Shown: positions 8,535-17,413, counted from the stretch's first letter. The stretch is DNA of 55,658 bases from an uncultured Planctomycetaceae bacterium (GCA_964480425.1 CAYZPY010000003.1:1-55658); one strand, 5' to 3'. Made by a program: numbers and translations. Notes: generated by a model from the sequence alone, not told the origin.

Positions 8535-9818
8535 TTACTTCAAATGATATTTTACGTCACCGCCCACGATTGTGGCGACGGGCTTTCCCTTAAGACGCCA
8601 TCCGTGGTACGGGCAGTTGCGGCTGCGAGAGTGAAACTTTTCGACGTTGACGGTCCATTGTTTTTCCGGATCAATAATCGTCACGTCGGCGGTCGCCCCG
8701 TCCGAGAGAGTCCCCATCCCCTCCACCGGCCAGCCGATAACCGAGGCGGGATTGCACGTCATGCAGGCGATAAGTGCCCCCCAGTCCATGTGCCCTGTGT
8801 GCACCAGCGCCTTGGCGTACAGACCCACTGCGCACTCAAGCGAAATCAGCCCGAACGGGGCAAGGGAAAATTCCAGTTCCTTTTTCTCTTTTGCGTGCGG
8901 CGCGTGGTCCGTGGCCAGGCAGTCTATCGTTCCGTTTGCCACCGCCTGTCGCAGTGCCTCCACGTCGTCCGCCGTCCGCAGCGGCGGATTTACCTTGTAG
9001 TTGGAATCGTAAGTCAGGCACGCCGCCTCGGTCAGCAGCAGGTGATGCGGGCTGGCCTCGGCGGTTACGCCAAGCCCCGCGCCCCTGGCCTGGCGGATTA
9101 ATTCGGCGCTGGCCGCCGTGGAAACGTGCATAACGTGGTAACGCGCCCTGATCCGGCGCAGCAGTTCCAGGTCGCGACGGAGCATAATCTGCTCGCCGGA
9201 CGCCGCGATGCCTCCCAGACCCAGTCGCACCGCAACCGCCCCGGAGTTCATAACGCCGGCGAACAGGGCGGGATCCTGGCAATGCTGCATAAGCGGTGCG
9301 CCGAGCATTCCTGCGTATTGCAGCGCCCGCTGCATGACCTGTGTGCTGGATACGCCGTCCCCGTCGTCGCTGAAGGCGACCGCCCCGGCCTGGAGCATCT
9401 GTCCCATCTCGGCCAGTTCCTGTCCTGCGCGGGACTTGGTTATGCATCCCACAGGCAGCACGCGCGCAAGGTCGGCTTCGCAGGCGCGGTCGATGACATA
9501 GTTGACGGAGGTCTCGTCGTCCAGCGGGGGGTCGGTGTTCGGCATGGCGCAGATAGTGGCGAATCCGCCTGCGACGGCGGAGGCGGCGGCGGAGGCGATG
9601 GTCTCTTCTTCTTCGTGGCCCGGCTCGCGACAGTGGACGTGCAGGTCGATAAGCCCGGGGCATACTATTTTGCCTTTTGCATCAATGGTTTTCGAGGCCT
9701 TGGCGGCGACCTTGCCAACTCCTGCGATTCGCCCCCCGGCGATGGCCACGTCGGCAACCTCGTCCACGCCGTTGGACGGATCAATCACACGCCCGTTTTT
9801 TATGACGATATCGTTCAT
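8535..9818 (-). CDS. pyrC: Dihydroorotase
   Basis: Amidohydrolase fold with DLHVHCREPG and ATDHAPH motifs. The start MNDIVIKNGRVIDP at 9818 overlaps the pyrB stop (ATGA). The longer TTG-initiated ORF reaching 9893 was judged unlikely. Confidence 0.88.
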   Translation of the reverse strand: MNDIVIKNGRVIDPSNGVDEVADVAIAGGRIAGVGKVAAKASKTIDAKGKIVCPGLIDLHVHCREPGHEEEETIASAAASAVAGGFATICAMPNTDPPLDDETSVNYVIDRACEADLARVLPVGCITKSRAGQELAEMGQMLQAGAVAFSDDGDGVSSTQVMQRALQYAGMLGAPLMQHCQDPALFAGVMNSGAVAVRLGLGGIAASGEQIMLRRDLELLRRIRARYHVMHVSTAASAELIRQARGAGLGVTAEASPHHLLLTEAACLTYDSNYKVNPPLRTADDVEALRQAVANGTIDCLATDHAPHAKEKKELEFSLAPFGLISLECAVGLYAKALVHTGHMDWGALIACMTCNPASVIGWPVEGMGTLSDGATADVTIIDPEKQWTVNVEKFHSRSRNCPYHGWRLKGKPVATIVGGDVKYHLK

Positions 9819-10813
9819 TTGTTCCCCTGGCTGACCAGGTACAGCACGGCCATGCGGACGGCCAGACCGTTGGTCACCTGCTGGAGAATGCAACTATTAG
9901 GCCCGTCGGCGACCTGGGAAGTCAGTTCCACGCCGCGGTTAATAGGTCCGGGGTGCATTATCAGAACGTCTTTTTTGCATTTACCCAGGCGCTCGGCGTT
10001 CATGCCGTAAATACGGCTGTACTCCCGCACCGACGGGAATAGTTTCGAGGAGAACCGCTCGAACTGTATCCGAAGCATGTTGATTACATCCACCTCGCCG
10101 AGAACGTCGTCGAGACTGTGGGTTATTTCGCATCCCATGGGCCTGATAGCCGCCGGCACAAGCGTGGGCGGACCTACTACGACGACCTCGGCGCCGAGTT
10201 TTTTCAGCCCGAGAATATTGCTGCGCGCCACGCGTGAATGCGCTATGTCGCCGACGATGGCGACCTTGAGCCCAGCCACACGCCCCAGTCGCTGGCGGAT
10301 GGTGAAAATGTCCAGCAGCGCCTGGGTGGGGTGCTCGTGCTGTCCGTCGCCGCCGTTGACGACAGACACATCGAGGTTCTTTGCCAGCATATACGGCGCG
10401 CCGGACTGCGGGTGACGGATGACGAAAATGTCCACGCCCATCGCCTCGACGTTCCGCGCCGTGTCCAGAGTGGTCTCGCCCTTGGAGACCGACGAGCCCG
10501 TCGAAGTGAACAGCAGCGTATCGGCGCTGAGTCGGCTGGCCGCCAACTCGAAACTCATCCTGGTGCGGGTGGACGGCTCGAAAAACATCAGCGCAACCAC
10601 CTTGCCGCGAAGGGCGGGCACCTTCTTTATCGAGCGAGTGGAGACCTCCTTGAAAGTCTCTGCCGTGTCCAGAATGCAGACGATCTCCTGCGGCGAGAGG
10701 TTGTCGAGCCCCACGAGGTCCTTTTTCGTCCAGACAAAGTCCTGCCGGACCGCGACCTCTCTGGAGGCGGGCTTACTCTTCCTGCCCGATGAGATAGACG
10801 CCTTCTTCGCCAT
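9815..10813 (-). CDS. pyrB: Aspartate carbamoyltransferase catalytic subunit
   Basis: Motifs FFEPSTRTR, HPTQALLD and MHPGP. The start is uncertain: M at 10813 or M at 10858. Either overlaps the pyrR 3' end and gives a basic N-terminal extension. Confidence 0.88.
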   Translation of the reverse strand: MAKKASISSGRKSKPASREVAVRQDFVWTKKDLVGLDNLSPQEIVCILDTAETFKEVSTRSIKKVPALRGKVVALMFFEPSTRTRMSFELAASRLSADTLLFTSTGSSVSKGETTLDTARNVEAMGVDIFVIRHPQSGAPYMLAKNLDVSVVNGGDGQHEHPTQALLDIFTIRQRLGRVAGLKVAIVGDIAHSRVARSNILGLKKLGAEVVVVGPPTLVPAAIRPMGCEITHSLDDVLGEVDVINMLRIQFERFSSKLFPSVREYSRIYGMNAERLGKCKKDVLIMHPGPINRGVELTSQVADGPNSCILQQVTNGLAVRMAVLYLVSQGNK

Positions 10814-11309
10814 CGTTTTCCTTGAATTTGACCTGTACCCTTGTTCCGGCCGGGGCATCCAGACGCCTGCCGACGAAGTCCGGCACGATGGGCAGCTCTC
10901 GCCCGCCGCGGTCGATAAGCACCGCCAGGCGGACGATTCTTGGCCGACCGAAATCGTGTATCGCGTCCAGCGCCGCGCGAACGCTGCGCCCGGTCTGCTG
11001 AACGTCGTCCACCAGGAGCACCCAGGCGTCGTCGAGTTCGAAGTTTATGTCGGTGGCGCGCACCAGCGGTGCGCCTTTGCGCCGGGAAAGATCGTCGCGA
11101 TAAAAAGTGATGTCGAGAACGCCGTAGGCCAGATCGATATCGGGGCGATCGGATACGAGTTTCTCCACGATCCTCCGGGCGAGCGTTTCCCCGCGGGTGC
11201 GAATGCCAATAACGCCGACCCGCCCGCTTTCGGGCGTCTCGGAGAGAATCGCCTCGTAGAGCCGGTAAAGCGCCTCTGCTACTTGTTCGGCGGTTAGTTC
11301 CTGCTTCAT
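10773..11309 (-). CDS. pyrR: Bifunctional pyrimidine operon regulator / uracil phosphoribosyltransferase
   Basis: 178 aa. PRPP-binding motif VLLVDDVQQTGRS. Located as the first gene ahead of pyrB-pyrC. Confidence 0.85.
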   Translation of the reverse strand: MKQELTAEQVAEALYRLYEAILSETPESGRVGVIGIRTRGETLARRIVEKLVSDRPDIDLAYGVLDITFYRDDLSRRKGAPLVRATDINFELDDAWVLLVDDVQQTGRSVRAALDAIHDFGRPRIVRLAVLIDRGGRELPIVPDFVGRRLDAPAGTRVQVKFKENDGEEGVYLIGQEE

Positions 11310-11330
11310 GGCATGATAGTCGACGGTTCT

Positions 11331-11397
11331 GCAAAAATAATAATACCCGCCGCTGTGATTTACAAGGAAATTTGATTCTTCCCGTCGAATGCGGCGG
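11331..11397 (-). promoter_or_regulatory. Candidate attenuator hairpin plus U-tract in the pyrR leader
   Basis: On the minus strand, CCGCCGC (plus-strand complement at 11391..11397) pairs with GCGGCGG (11347..11353). GUAUUAUUAUUUUUGC follows directly, about 20 nt before the pyrR ATG. No canonical PyrR-binding box was recognised. Confidence 0.3.
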
Positions 11398-11534
11398 ATT
11401 TATTTTTATGGTTTGCCCGCAACCCGCTAGACCCGGGGCGGGGGCATTTGCTTAAGGCGCTTGCCCGCCGGGTGACTATAGATTACTTTTACGTAACTGT
11501 TTGAAGACGAATTGACAAGATGAAAGGCGATGCC

Positions 11535-12518
11535 ATGGAAATACTGATAACGGGCGGAGCGGGCTTTATCGGTTCGCATCTTGCCGACCGGCTACTGGCC
11601 GAGGGGCACTCGGTCACCGCGGTGGACGACCTTTCCACGGGTGCACTGAAGAATATATCCCACCTCGAGGGGAATGCCGATTTCCGCTTCGTTAGGGAAT
11701 CGGTGTGCAACGTACCCACGATGACTTCGCTTGTCGATCACAGCGAAGTGATATTTCACCTTGCCGCGGCGGTGGGTGTGCAGCTCATCGTGGACCGCCC
11801 CGTACACACCATCGAGACGAACATCCACGGTTCGGAGGTGGTGCTTAATCTGGCCAACAAGTTCGGCAGAAAGATATTCGTGGCCTCGACATCCGAGGTG
11901 TATGGAAAGAACACCAAGGTTCCGTTCAACGAAGAGGACGATTCGACGCTCGGCTCGACGCGGTTCTCGCGATGGTCATACGCGTGCAGCAAGATGGTGG
12001 ACGAGTTTCTGGCCCTGGCGTATCACGACCAGTACGGCCTGGAGGCGATAATCTGCCGGTTCTTCAACACCGTAGGTCCGCGCCAGACCGGGCAGTACGG
12101 GATGGTCGTTCCGCGGTTTGTCTCCAGGGCGCTGTTGGACGAGCCGCTGGAGGTTTACGGGACGGGCAAGCAGAGCAGGTGCTTCTGCAACGTAGCCGAC
12201 GTGACCGAGGCGCTCGTGGCGATGCTTGACTGTCCCCGCGCCGTCGGGGAGGTGGTGAATATCGGAACTGATGAGTCGATAACAATCGAGGAACTTGCCG
12301 ATAAGGTTATAGAGATGACCGGCTCGGGCAGCGAAAAGCGGTACGTAAGCTACGAACAGGCCTACGGCAGGTCCTTCGACGACATGCTCATCAGGGTGCC
12401 GGACCTGGCAAAGATACAAGACCTGGTCGGCTACCGCCCGAAGAACGACCTGACACGCACGCTGCAGGAGATTATCGAACACCAGCGCGCCGAAAGAGGC
12501 GCCGGCGGGCAGGATTAA
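11535..12518 (+). CDS. NAD-dependent epimerase/dehydratase (extended SDR; UDP-sugar decarboxylase/4-epimerase-like)
   Basis: MEILITGGAGFIGSHL Rossmann motif and catalytic YACSK (YxxxK). ORF 11520..12518; the ATG at 11535 gives the canonical N-terminus. Confidence 0.8.
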   Translation: MEILITGGAGFIGSHLADRLLAEGHSVTAVDDLSTGALKNISHLEGNADFRFVRESVCNVPTMTSLVDHSEVIFHLAAAVGVQLIVDRPVHTIETNIHGSEVVLNLANKFGRKIFVASTSEVYGKNTKVPFNEEDDSTLGSTRFSRWSYACSKMVDEFLALAYHDQYGLEAIICRFFNTVGPRQTGQYGMVVPRFVSRALLDEPLEVYGTGKQSRCFCNVADVTEALVAMLDCPRAVGEVVNIGTDESITIEELADKVIEMTGSGSEKRYVSYEQAYGRSFDDMLIRVPDLAKIQDLVGYRPKNDLTRTLQEIIEHQRAERGAGGQD

Positions 12519-12552
12519 CCACAAGCCAAGCGAATATTTTCAAGGAGTAATA

Positions 12553-13497
12553 ATGCCAAAACACCTGGTCACGGGCGGTGCGGGATTCATCGGATGCAAC
12601 CTGGTTCGGCGCCTGCTGGACGACGGTAACGACGTAGTGGTGATGGATAACTTCTCCACCGGCAGGAGGGAGAATATCTCGGACGTATCCGGCCGCATCG
12701 ATCTTCACGAAAAGGACATACGCAACGTTTCGGCGGTAACCAAGGCCGCCGTCGGGTGTGAGGTCATATTCCACCAGGCGGCGCTTGGCTCGGTGCCGCG
12801 GAGCGTCAAAGACCCTCAAACGTCCCACGACGTCAACGTCAACGGCACGATAAACGTGCTCCAGGCCGCCAGGGAAACCAGGGCAAGGCGGGTGGTTTTC
12901 GCATCATCATCGAGCGTTTACGGCGACCAGCCAGTCTCGCCCAAGCACGAGGGTATGACCCCGGCGCCGCTGAGCCCGTACGCGGCAAGCAAGGTCTGCG
13001 GCGAGGCGTACATGCGCGGCTACTCCGGTTCATACGGTCTGGAGACGATATGCCTGCGCTACTTCAACGTATTTGGCCCGCATCAGGACCCGCACGGCGC
13101 GTACGCGGCGGTTATACCGGCGTTTGTCGCCAGGATGCTAAAAGGACAGCCGCCGGTTGTCTTCGGCGACGGGACGCAGAGCAGGGATTTCTGCTACATA
13201 GACAACGTCTGCCGGGCGAATCTCCTGGCGGCAGAGGCGCCCACGGAGGTGTGCGACGGAAGGGCGGTGAACATCGCATGCAACCGGGGAACGAACCTGC
13301 TGGAGATTCTGGACTGTCTTAAGAAACTTTTGGGTGTTGAGATTGAGCCGCAGTTCAAGACCCCGCGCCCGGGCGACGTAAAACACTCACTCGCCGACGT
13401 GTCGCTGGCCTGGGAATCCATCGGATACCGCCCGGAAGTCTATTTCTGCCAGGGGCTGGAAAAGGCCATCCAGTGGTATCGCCAAAATCTCGGGTGA
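12553..13497 (+). CDS. NAD-dependent UDP-sugar 4-epimerase (WbpP/TviC-like extended SDR)
   Basis: 314 aa. TGGAGFIGCNL, SSSSVYG and YAASK. RBS AAGGAG lies upstream. Confidence 0.8.
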   Translation: MPKHLVTGGAGFIGCNLVRRLLDDGNDVVVMDNFSTGRRENISDVSGRIDLHEKDIRNVSAVTKAAVGCEVIFHQAALGSVPRSVKDPQTSHDVNVNGTINVLQAARETRARRVVFASSSSVYGDQPVSPKHEGMTPAPLSPYAASKVCGEAYMRGYSGSYGLETICLRYFNVFGPHQDPHGAYAAVIPAFVARMLKGQPPVVFGDGTQSRDFCYIDNVCRANLLAAEAPTEVCDGRAVNIACNRGTNLLEILDCLKKLLGVEIEPQFKTPRPGDVKHSLADVSLAWESIGYRPEVYFCQGLEKAIQWYRQNLG

Positions 13498-13658
13498 CCT
13501 TCACGACAATCAAAATGCCGTATTTTCCTACAAGCCGGATATACCTTTACGTTGCTGCAAAAAATTAACACATCCTTACACGTCGATTATGATCGGTACA
13601 TAAAAATGAGGGAAAAATACGCGCGACGAGATCGGTATAAATAAAACGCTTGCTTCGC

Positions 13659-14807
13659 CTACGTGGCGGTTTTGCAGGGCGCTTTGCCGCGGTCCAGAAG
13701 GAGTGTGGGCAGGGACTTCATCAGTCCGTAGGGGTGATAGAGACATTCGATTTCGCCTCGGCAGTTGTACCAGCAGTCGCGGCATGTGTTTGCCCGTGCG
13801 GCCTTGCGCAAACGCCTGCGAATGTCGCGCATGTCGTGTCGGAAGATGTTGGCCAGGGGATGATGCCTGTTCTCCACGCAGATTGCCACGTCGCCGCGAG
13901 AGTCTATGTTGAAAAACACCTTGCCCGCCTTGCATCCGCCGATGCCCTCGGCGAGGAACTCGTCGAAACGCCCCAGGTACCGCGGATTAGACAAGAAGTT
14001 GCCCCATCTTCGGCGGAGTTCGACCAGGCGGGGCGACACCATGCCGTTATTGTGTTCGTGCCTGTGCGAGCCGGTCTTGCGAAAACCGTACGGCTGGACC
14101 ATGAAATAGGCGTTGCGCTTGGCCGCCATCTCCAGCAGCGGCTCCATGTCGTCCATGTTGTCTTTCATGAGCACGGCGATGACATTCACCCGCTGGAACT
14201 TGTGAATTCGAGCGGCCGAGAGATTCTCAACCGCGCGCCAGGCCCGCTCCCACGCCCCTGGCACGCCGCGTGCTTCGTCGTGGCGACCCGGACGGGCGTA
14301 GTCTATGCTCACCGAGACGCCCCAGATTCCCGCACGCATCAGATCGCGCGCCGTGTCCGGCGTAACCAGCCAGCCGTTGGTCGTCATGAAGGGGAAGTGA
14401 TAACGCCCCACGGCGCTGACGATGTCGGGAAGGTCCCGGCGCAGCGTCGGCTCGCCGCCGCCAAGAGAGACCATCAGCGTGCCGAACTTCGCCAATTTTG
14501 CCGCGGCCGATTCGTATTGACTAAGGGTGGGCTCTTCCGCGTCGCCCATCGGGTCGCGCCAGTAGGAGCAGAACCGGCAGCGAAAGTTGCAGCGGTAGGT
14601 CACCTGCCACGTGCACCAAACCGGGTTCGCAGACGTCCATGCGCGGAACAACCTTAATTTCTTCTCGCTGGAATCGTACACTGTTTTACCTATCGGATAT
14701 TCATCATATAAAAGTTCACATCCCAGTCCAGCAAACGAATTGCCGATTTCGCTGAGACTGTTGCTATTGCGGCTGCGATATATTAGATTCATTACGATTG
14801 AGGACAA
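13659..14807 (-). CDS. Radical SAM enzyme with C-terminal SPASM/twitch-like cysteine cluster
   Basis: CNFRCRFCSYW (CxxxCxxC), a GGGEP motif, and C-terminal C-x12-G-x4-C followed by CRDCWYNCRGEIEC. The overlapping plus-strand ORF 13650..14657 is Arg/Ala/His-rich shadow sequence. Confidence 0.8.
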   Translation of the reverse strand: MSSIVMNLIYRSRNSNSLSEIGNSFAGLGCELLYDEYPIGKTVYDSSEKKLRLFRAWTSANPVWCTWQVTYRCNFRCRFCSYWRDPMGDAEEPTLSQYESAAAKLAKFGTLMVSLGGGEPTLRRDLPDIVSAVGRYHFPFMTTNGWLVTPDTARDLMRAGIWGVSVSIDYARPGRHDEARGVPGAWERAWRAVENLSAARIHKFQRVNVIAVLMKDNMDDMEPLLEMAAKRNAYFMVQPYGFRKTGSHRHEHNNGMVSPRLVELRRRWGNFLSNPRYLGRFDEFLAEGIGGCKAGKVFFNIDSRGDVAICVENRHHPLANIFRHDMRDIRRRLRKAARANTCRDCWYNCRGEIECLYHPYGLMKSLPTLLLDRGKAPCKTAT

Positions 14808-14878
14808 CAGGCAGAGAAACCGCGCGCAAGGAATCAGGGCTGCAATCGCCCGGATAATTTAATTCAGGGAGGCGTTAA

Positions 14879-15388
14879 ATGGACATATACGAAGCGATAA
14901 GGGCGCGTTACAGCGTGCGTTCGTATCAGGACAGGGAAGTCGAGCAGGACAAGCTGCACCGGGTTCTGGAGGCGGGACTTATGTCGCCCTCGGCCCGGAA
15001 CCGCCAGCAGCGCAAGTTCGTGGTCGTCAGCGACGCCAAAACACGACAGGACATCGCCAAGGCGGCCGACCAGCCATTTCTTGCCGAGGCGCCGATAATC
15101 ATCGCCGTGGTGGGTCTGACGCCGGATTACATCATGCACTGCGACGTGCCGGCAGATCCGGTCGACTGCGCCATCGCCATCGACCACATGACGCTGGCCG
15201 CCGCTGCCGAGGGACTCGGTTCATGCTGGATAGGGCACTTTGACCAGCACGCCTGCCGTAAAATTCTCGGCATGCCCGAAAGCGCAAAGATTATCGAACT
15301 ACTCCCGCTGGGATATCCCGCCGACGACGGAAAGGAAAAACCGCGTCGGCCTTTTGAAGAAATCGTGTGCTTCGAGAAGTTCCAATGA
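14879..15388 (+). CDS. Nitroreductase family protein
   Basis: 169 aa. The MDIYEAIRARYSVRSYQDREV N-terminus and SPSARNRQ are typical of the FMN nitroreductase fold. Confidence 0.8.
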   Translation: MDIYEAIRARYSVRSYQDREVEQDKLHRVLEAGLMSPSARNRQQRKFVVVSDAKTRQDIAKAADQPFLAEAPIIIAVVGLTPDYIMHCDVPADPVDCAIAIDHMTLAAAAEGLGSCWIGHFDQHACRKILGMPESAKIIELLPLGYPADDGKEKPRRPFEEIVCFEKFQ

Positions 15389-15415
15389 TTCCCCCGGCGC
15401 CGCGGCGATAGCCAC

Positions 15416-16330
15416 ATGCGACCGATACGGATAGGCACGCGCAGAAGCGCACTGGCGCTGGCACAGGCGGACCTGGTATGCCGGGCGATATGCAGGCATC
15501 ACCCTCGCGTGCGGATCGAAACCGCACCCATAGACACTGCCGGCGACGCTTACCGGGGACCGCTGGAGCCGGTAGGGGGCAAGGGGCTTTTCACGGCAGA
15601 GCTGGAATCGGCAATGCGCCGCGGCGAAATCGACCTGGCGGTCCACTCGGCAAAGGACCTGCCGGCGATGATGGACGAGGAATTCAGCATCGCCGCCGTC
15701 CCGCCCCGAGCAGATGCGCGCGACGCGCTGATATCGCAGGGGGGCGGCACGGTGGACGACCTCCCCCAAGGCGCCACTGTGGCGACGAGCAGCCCGAGGC
15801 GCGCCGCGCAGCTTCTGGCAATGCGGAAGGATTTGAAGATTACGCCCCTGCGGGGCAACGTGGAGACGCGGCTGGAGAAAGTCCTGGGGGGCGCCCACAT
15901 CAACGCCACCGTCCTGGCAGTGGCGGGACTCGAACGCATCGGATTGATTGAACGATACGAGGCCCATATCCGCCTGATGGAAATTGAGCAATTCATACCG
16001 GCGGCGGGGCAGGGCGCCCTGGCGGTGCAAATATTGAGATCAAGGATGGACCTGTCCGATATCCTGCGCGCGGTGAATGACCCCATATCTCAGGCGGCGC
16101 TTCTGGCAGAGCGAAGCGTGGTTCGTGGGCTCGGGGCGGACTGTCGCTCGCCTCTGGGCGTTCACGTCAGAACGTACAAAGGCCGATGGTGCGGAAGGTC
16201 TTTTGTGAGACCAGGGGCAGCGCAAGAGCTTATCTTTGTCGCGCAACAGGGCGATTCGGCGCAGGACGCAGCCGATAAGATGCTTGGTGCTTTCATGCAG
16301 AGGGACGTCGAAAACATCCGAACCCATTGA
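15416..16330 (+). CDS. hemC: Hydroxymethylbilane synthase (porphobilinogen deaminase)
   Basis: 304 aa. IRIGTRRSALALAQA, DLAVHSAKDLP, and a conserved Cys region near the C-terminus (LGADCRSPLG). Confidence 0.88.
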   Translation: MRPIRIGTRRSALALAQADLVCRAICRHHPRVRIETAPIDTAGDAYRGPLEPVGGKGLFTAELESAMRRGEIDLAVHSAKDLPAMMDEEFSIAAVPPRADARDALISQGGGTVDDLPQGATVATSSPRRAAQLLAMRKDLKITPLRGNVETRLEKVLGGAHINATVLAVAGLERIGLIERYEAHIRLMEIEQFIPAAGQGALAVQILRSRMDLSDILRAVNDPISQAALLAERSVVRGLGADCRSPLGVHVRTYKGRWCGRSFVRPGAAQELIFVAQQGDSAQDAADKMLGAFMQRDVENIRTH

Positions 16331-16741
16331 TCCCGTTTATTGCACGTCGAACATTTCCTGTAGATAAAACACTGTAATTTGCCACGCCGCACACGGTATC
16401 GTAAACTTCAATTACGGCGTTTACCCGACCCCTGCGACGGGTGTTATGTAATCTCCACGGCACGCCGACATTGCGCGTCTCGAGGCGCGATGTTCGTATC
16501 ACAATCACATAATTCGGTTCCATAGTACCGTGCGCTTACGAACGCGGAATTCCCCCGGGCAGATTATGCCGGGACCGCCGGATTAAAAAATTGAAATAAT
16601 TTAATTCGAGTTAATTAAGCGTACATGAGCATTTGACGATATCGCAATTGCCGGACATGTCCGGTAATGGAGCCGAAAACCACCCTGTAAGAGACGACGG
16701 GTATGCCGACGCACGGCGAAGATTCAGAAAGGAGGTGATCT

Positions 16742-16888
16742 GTGAATTCGGCCCTTCGTCGGGGTCACCGGAATTTTACAGGAAGGTTATACGGCAAATA
16801 TCAACAGAGGATGCAGCAGCAGGCAGGGAAGCGCATAAACAGTTGCACGCGAAAACCGGAAATTGAAGTTAAGGAGGCTTACCCATGA
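16742..16888 (+). CDS. Candidate 48-codon leader ORF, translationally coupled to the first pilin gene (hypothetical)
   Basis: AAAGGAGGTGATC at 16728..16740 is a perfect complement of the canonical 16S 3' tail. A GTG follows 1 nt after it (6 nt after GGAGG). The frame is open up to a TGA that overlaps the pilin ATG (ATGA at 16885..16888). The predicted peptide is very basic. Codon bias is not convincing. Confidence 0.25.
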   Translation: MNSALRRGHRNFTGRLYGKYQQRMQQQAGKRINSCTRKPEIEVKEAYP

Positions 16889-17334
16889 ACCGCAGGAACA
16901 AGGCATTCACCCTCGTAGAAATTCTAATCGTGGTGATCATTTTAGGCATCCTGGCGGCGATCGTGATTCCCCAGTTTACCGAGGCGTCCAGCGACGCGAG
17001 GGAATCGGCGCTGTCCAGCGATCTGCAAACCGTACGCAGTCAGCTCGAACTCTACAAGGTCCAGCATCTGGACAAGTACCCCGATGACGGCGGAGCTGAC
17101 GGGGCAACTTTCGTCAACCGGCTGACCAGCAAGACCAAGCAGGACGGCACCGTTGACGCCGGCGGCTCCTATGGCCCGTATCTGCAGACCTTTCCCACCA
17201 ATCCGTTCAACGATCTGGCGACGGTGGAAATAGAAGCAGGCGACGGAAACCTCGGCGGCGGCAGTCACGGATGGCACTTCAACAGCACCACAGGACGTTT
17301 CGCACCGGACGATGACGACCACACTGATATGTAG
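16885..17334 (+). CDS. Prepilin-type (class III signal) major pilin/pseudopilin, GspG-like
   Basis: MNRRNKA/FTLVEILIVVIILGILAAIVIPQF N-methylation motif, with Ala instead of Gly at -1. 149 aa. Strong RBS AAGGAGG. Confidence 0.85.
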   Translation: MNRRNKAFTLVEILIVVIILGILAAIVIPQFTEASSDARESALSSDLQTVRSQLELYKVQHLDKYPDDGGADGATFVNRLTSKTKQDGTVDAGGSYGPYLQTFPTNPFNDLATVEIEAGDGNLGGGSHGWHFNSTTGRFAPDDDDHTDM

Positions 17335-17384
17335 GCGGTCAACCTTTGTCCGACCGACAGGATAGAAACACTAATTCGGATCGC

Positions 17385-17413
17385 GCCGGAGCCGTCGAAA
17401 CGGCGGCTCCGGC
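17385..17413 (+). terminator. GC-rich hairpin downstream of the first pilin gene (possible attenuating terminator)
   Basis: GCCGGAGCCG at 17385..17394 pairs perfectly with CGGCTCCGGC at 17404..17413. No clear U-tract follows on the plus strand. Confidence 0.35.

Noticed and set aside
10773-10858. The apparent 41-86 nt overlap between pyrR and pyrB, considered as a possible frameshift or gene fusion.
   Set aside because: Both reading frames are intact, and each protein has complete conserved motifs. The overlap is most simply explained by start-codon uncertainty or a genuine short overlap. There is no evidence of a pseudogene.
16633-16866. A 77-aa TTG-initiated ORF in the leader upstream of the first pilin gene.
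   Set aside because: There is no RBS and no recognisable domain. Third-position GC is only about 50%, estimated by hand count, which looks lower than in the real genes. The alternative-frame ORF with a perfect SD (16742..16888) is reported instead, itself only at low confidence.
16331-16884. A sigma54 (-24 GG / -12 GC) promoter upstream of the pilin genes, as is common for T4P major pilins.
   Set aside because: Two TTGCA(C) sites were checked, near 16345 and 16843. Neither has GG at the required 12-nt upstream spacing.
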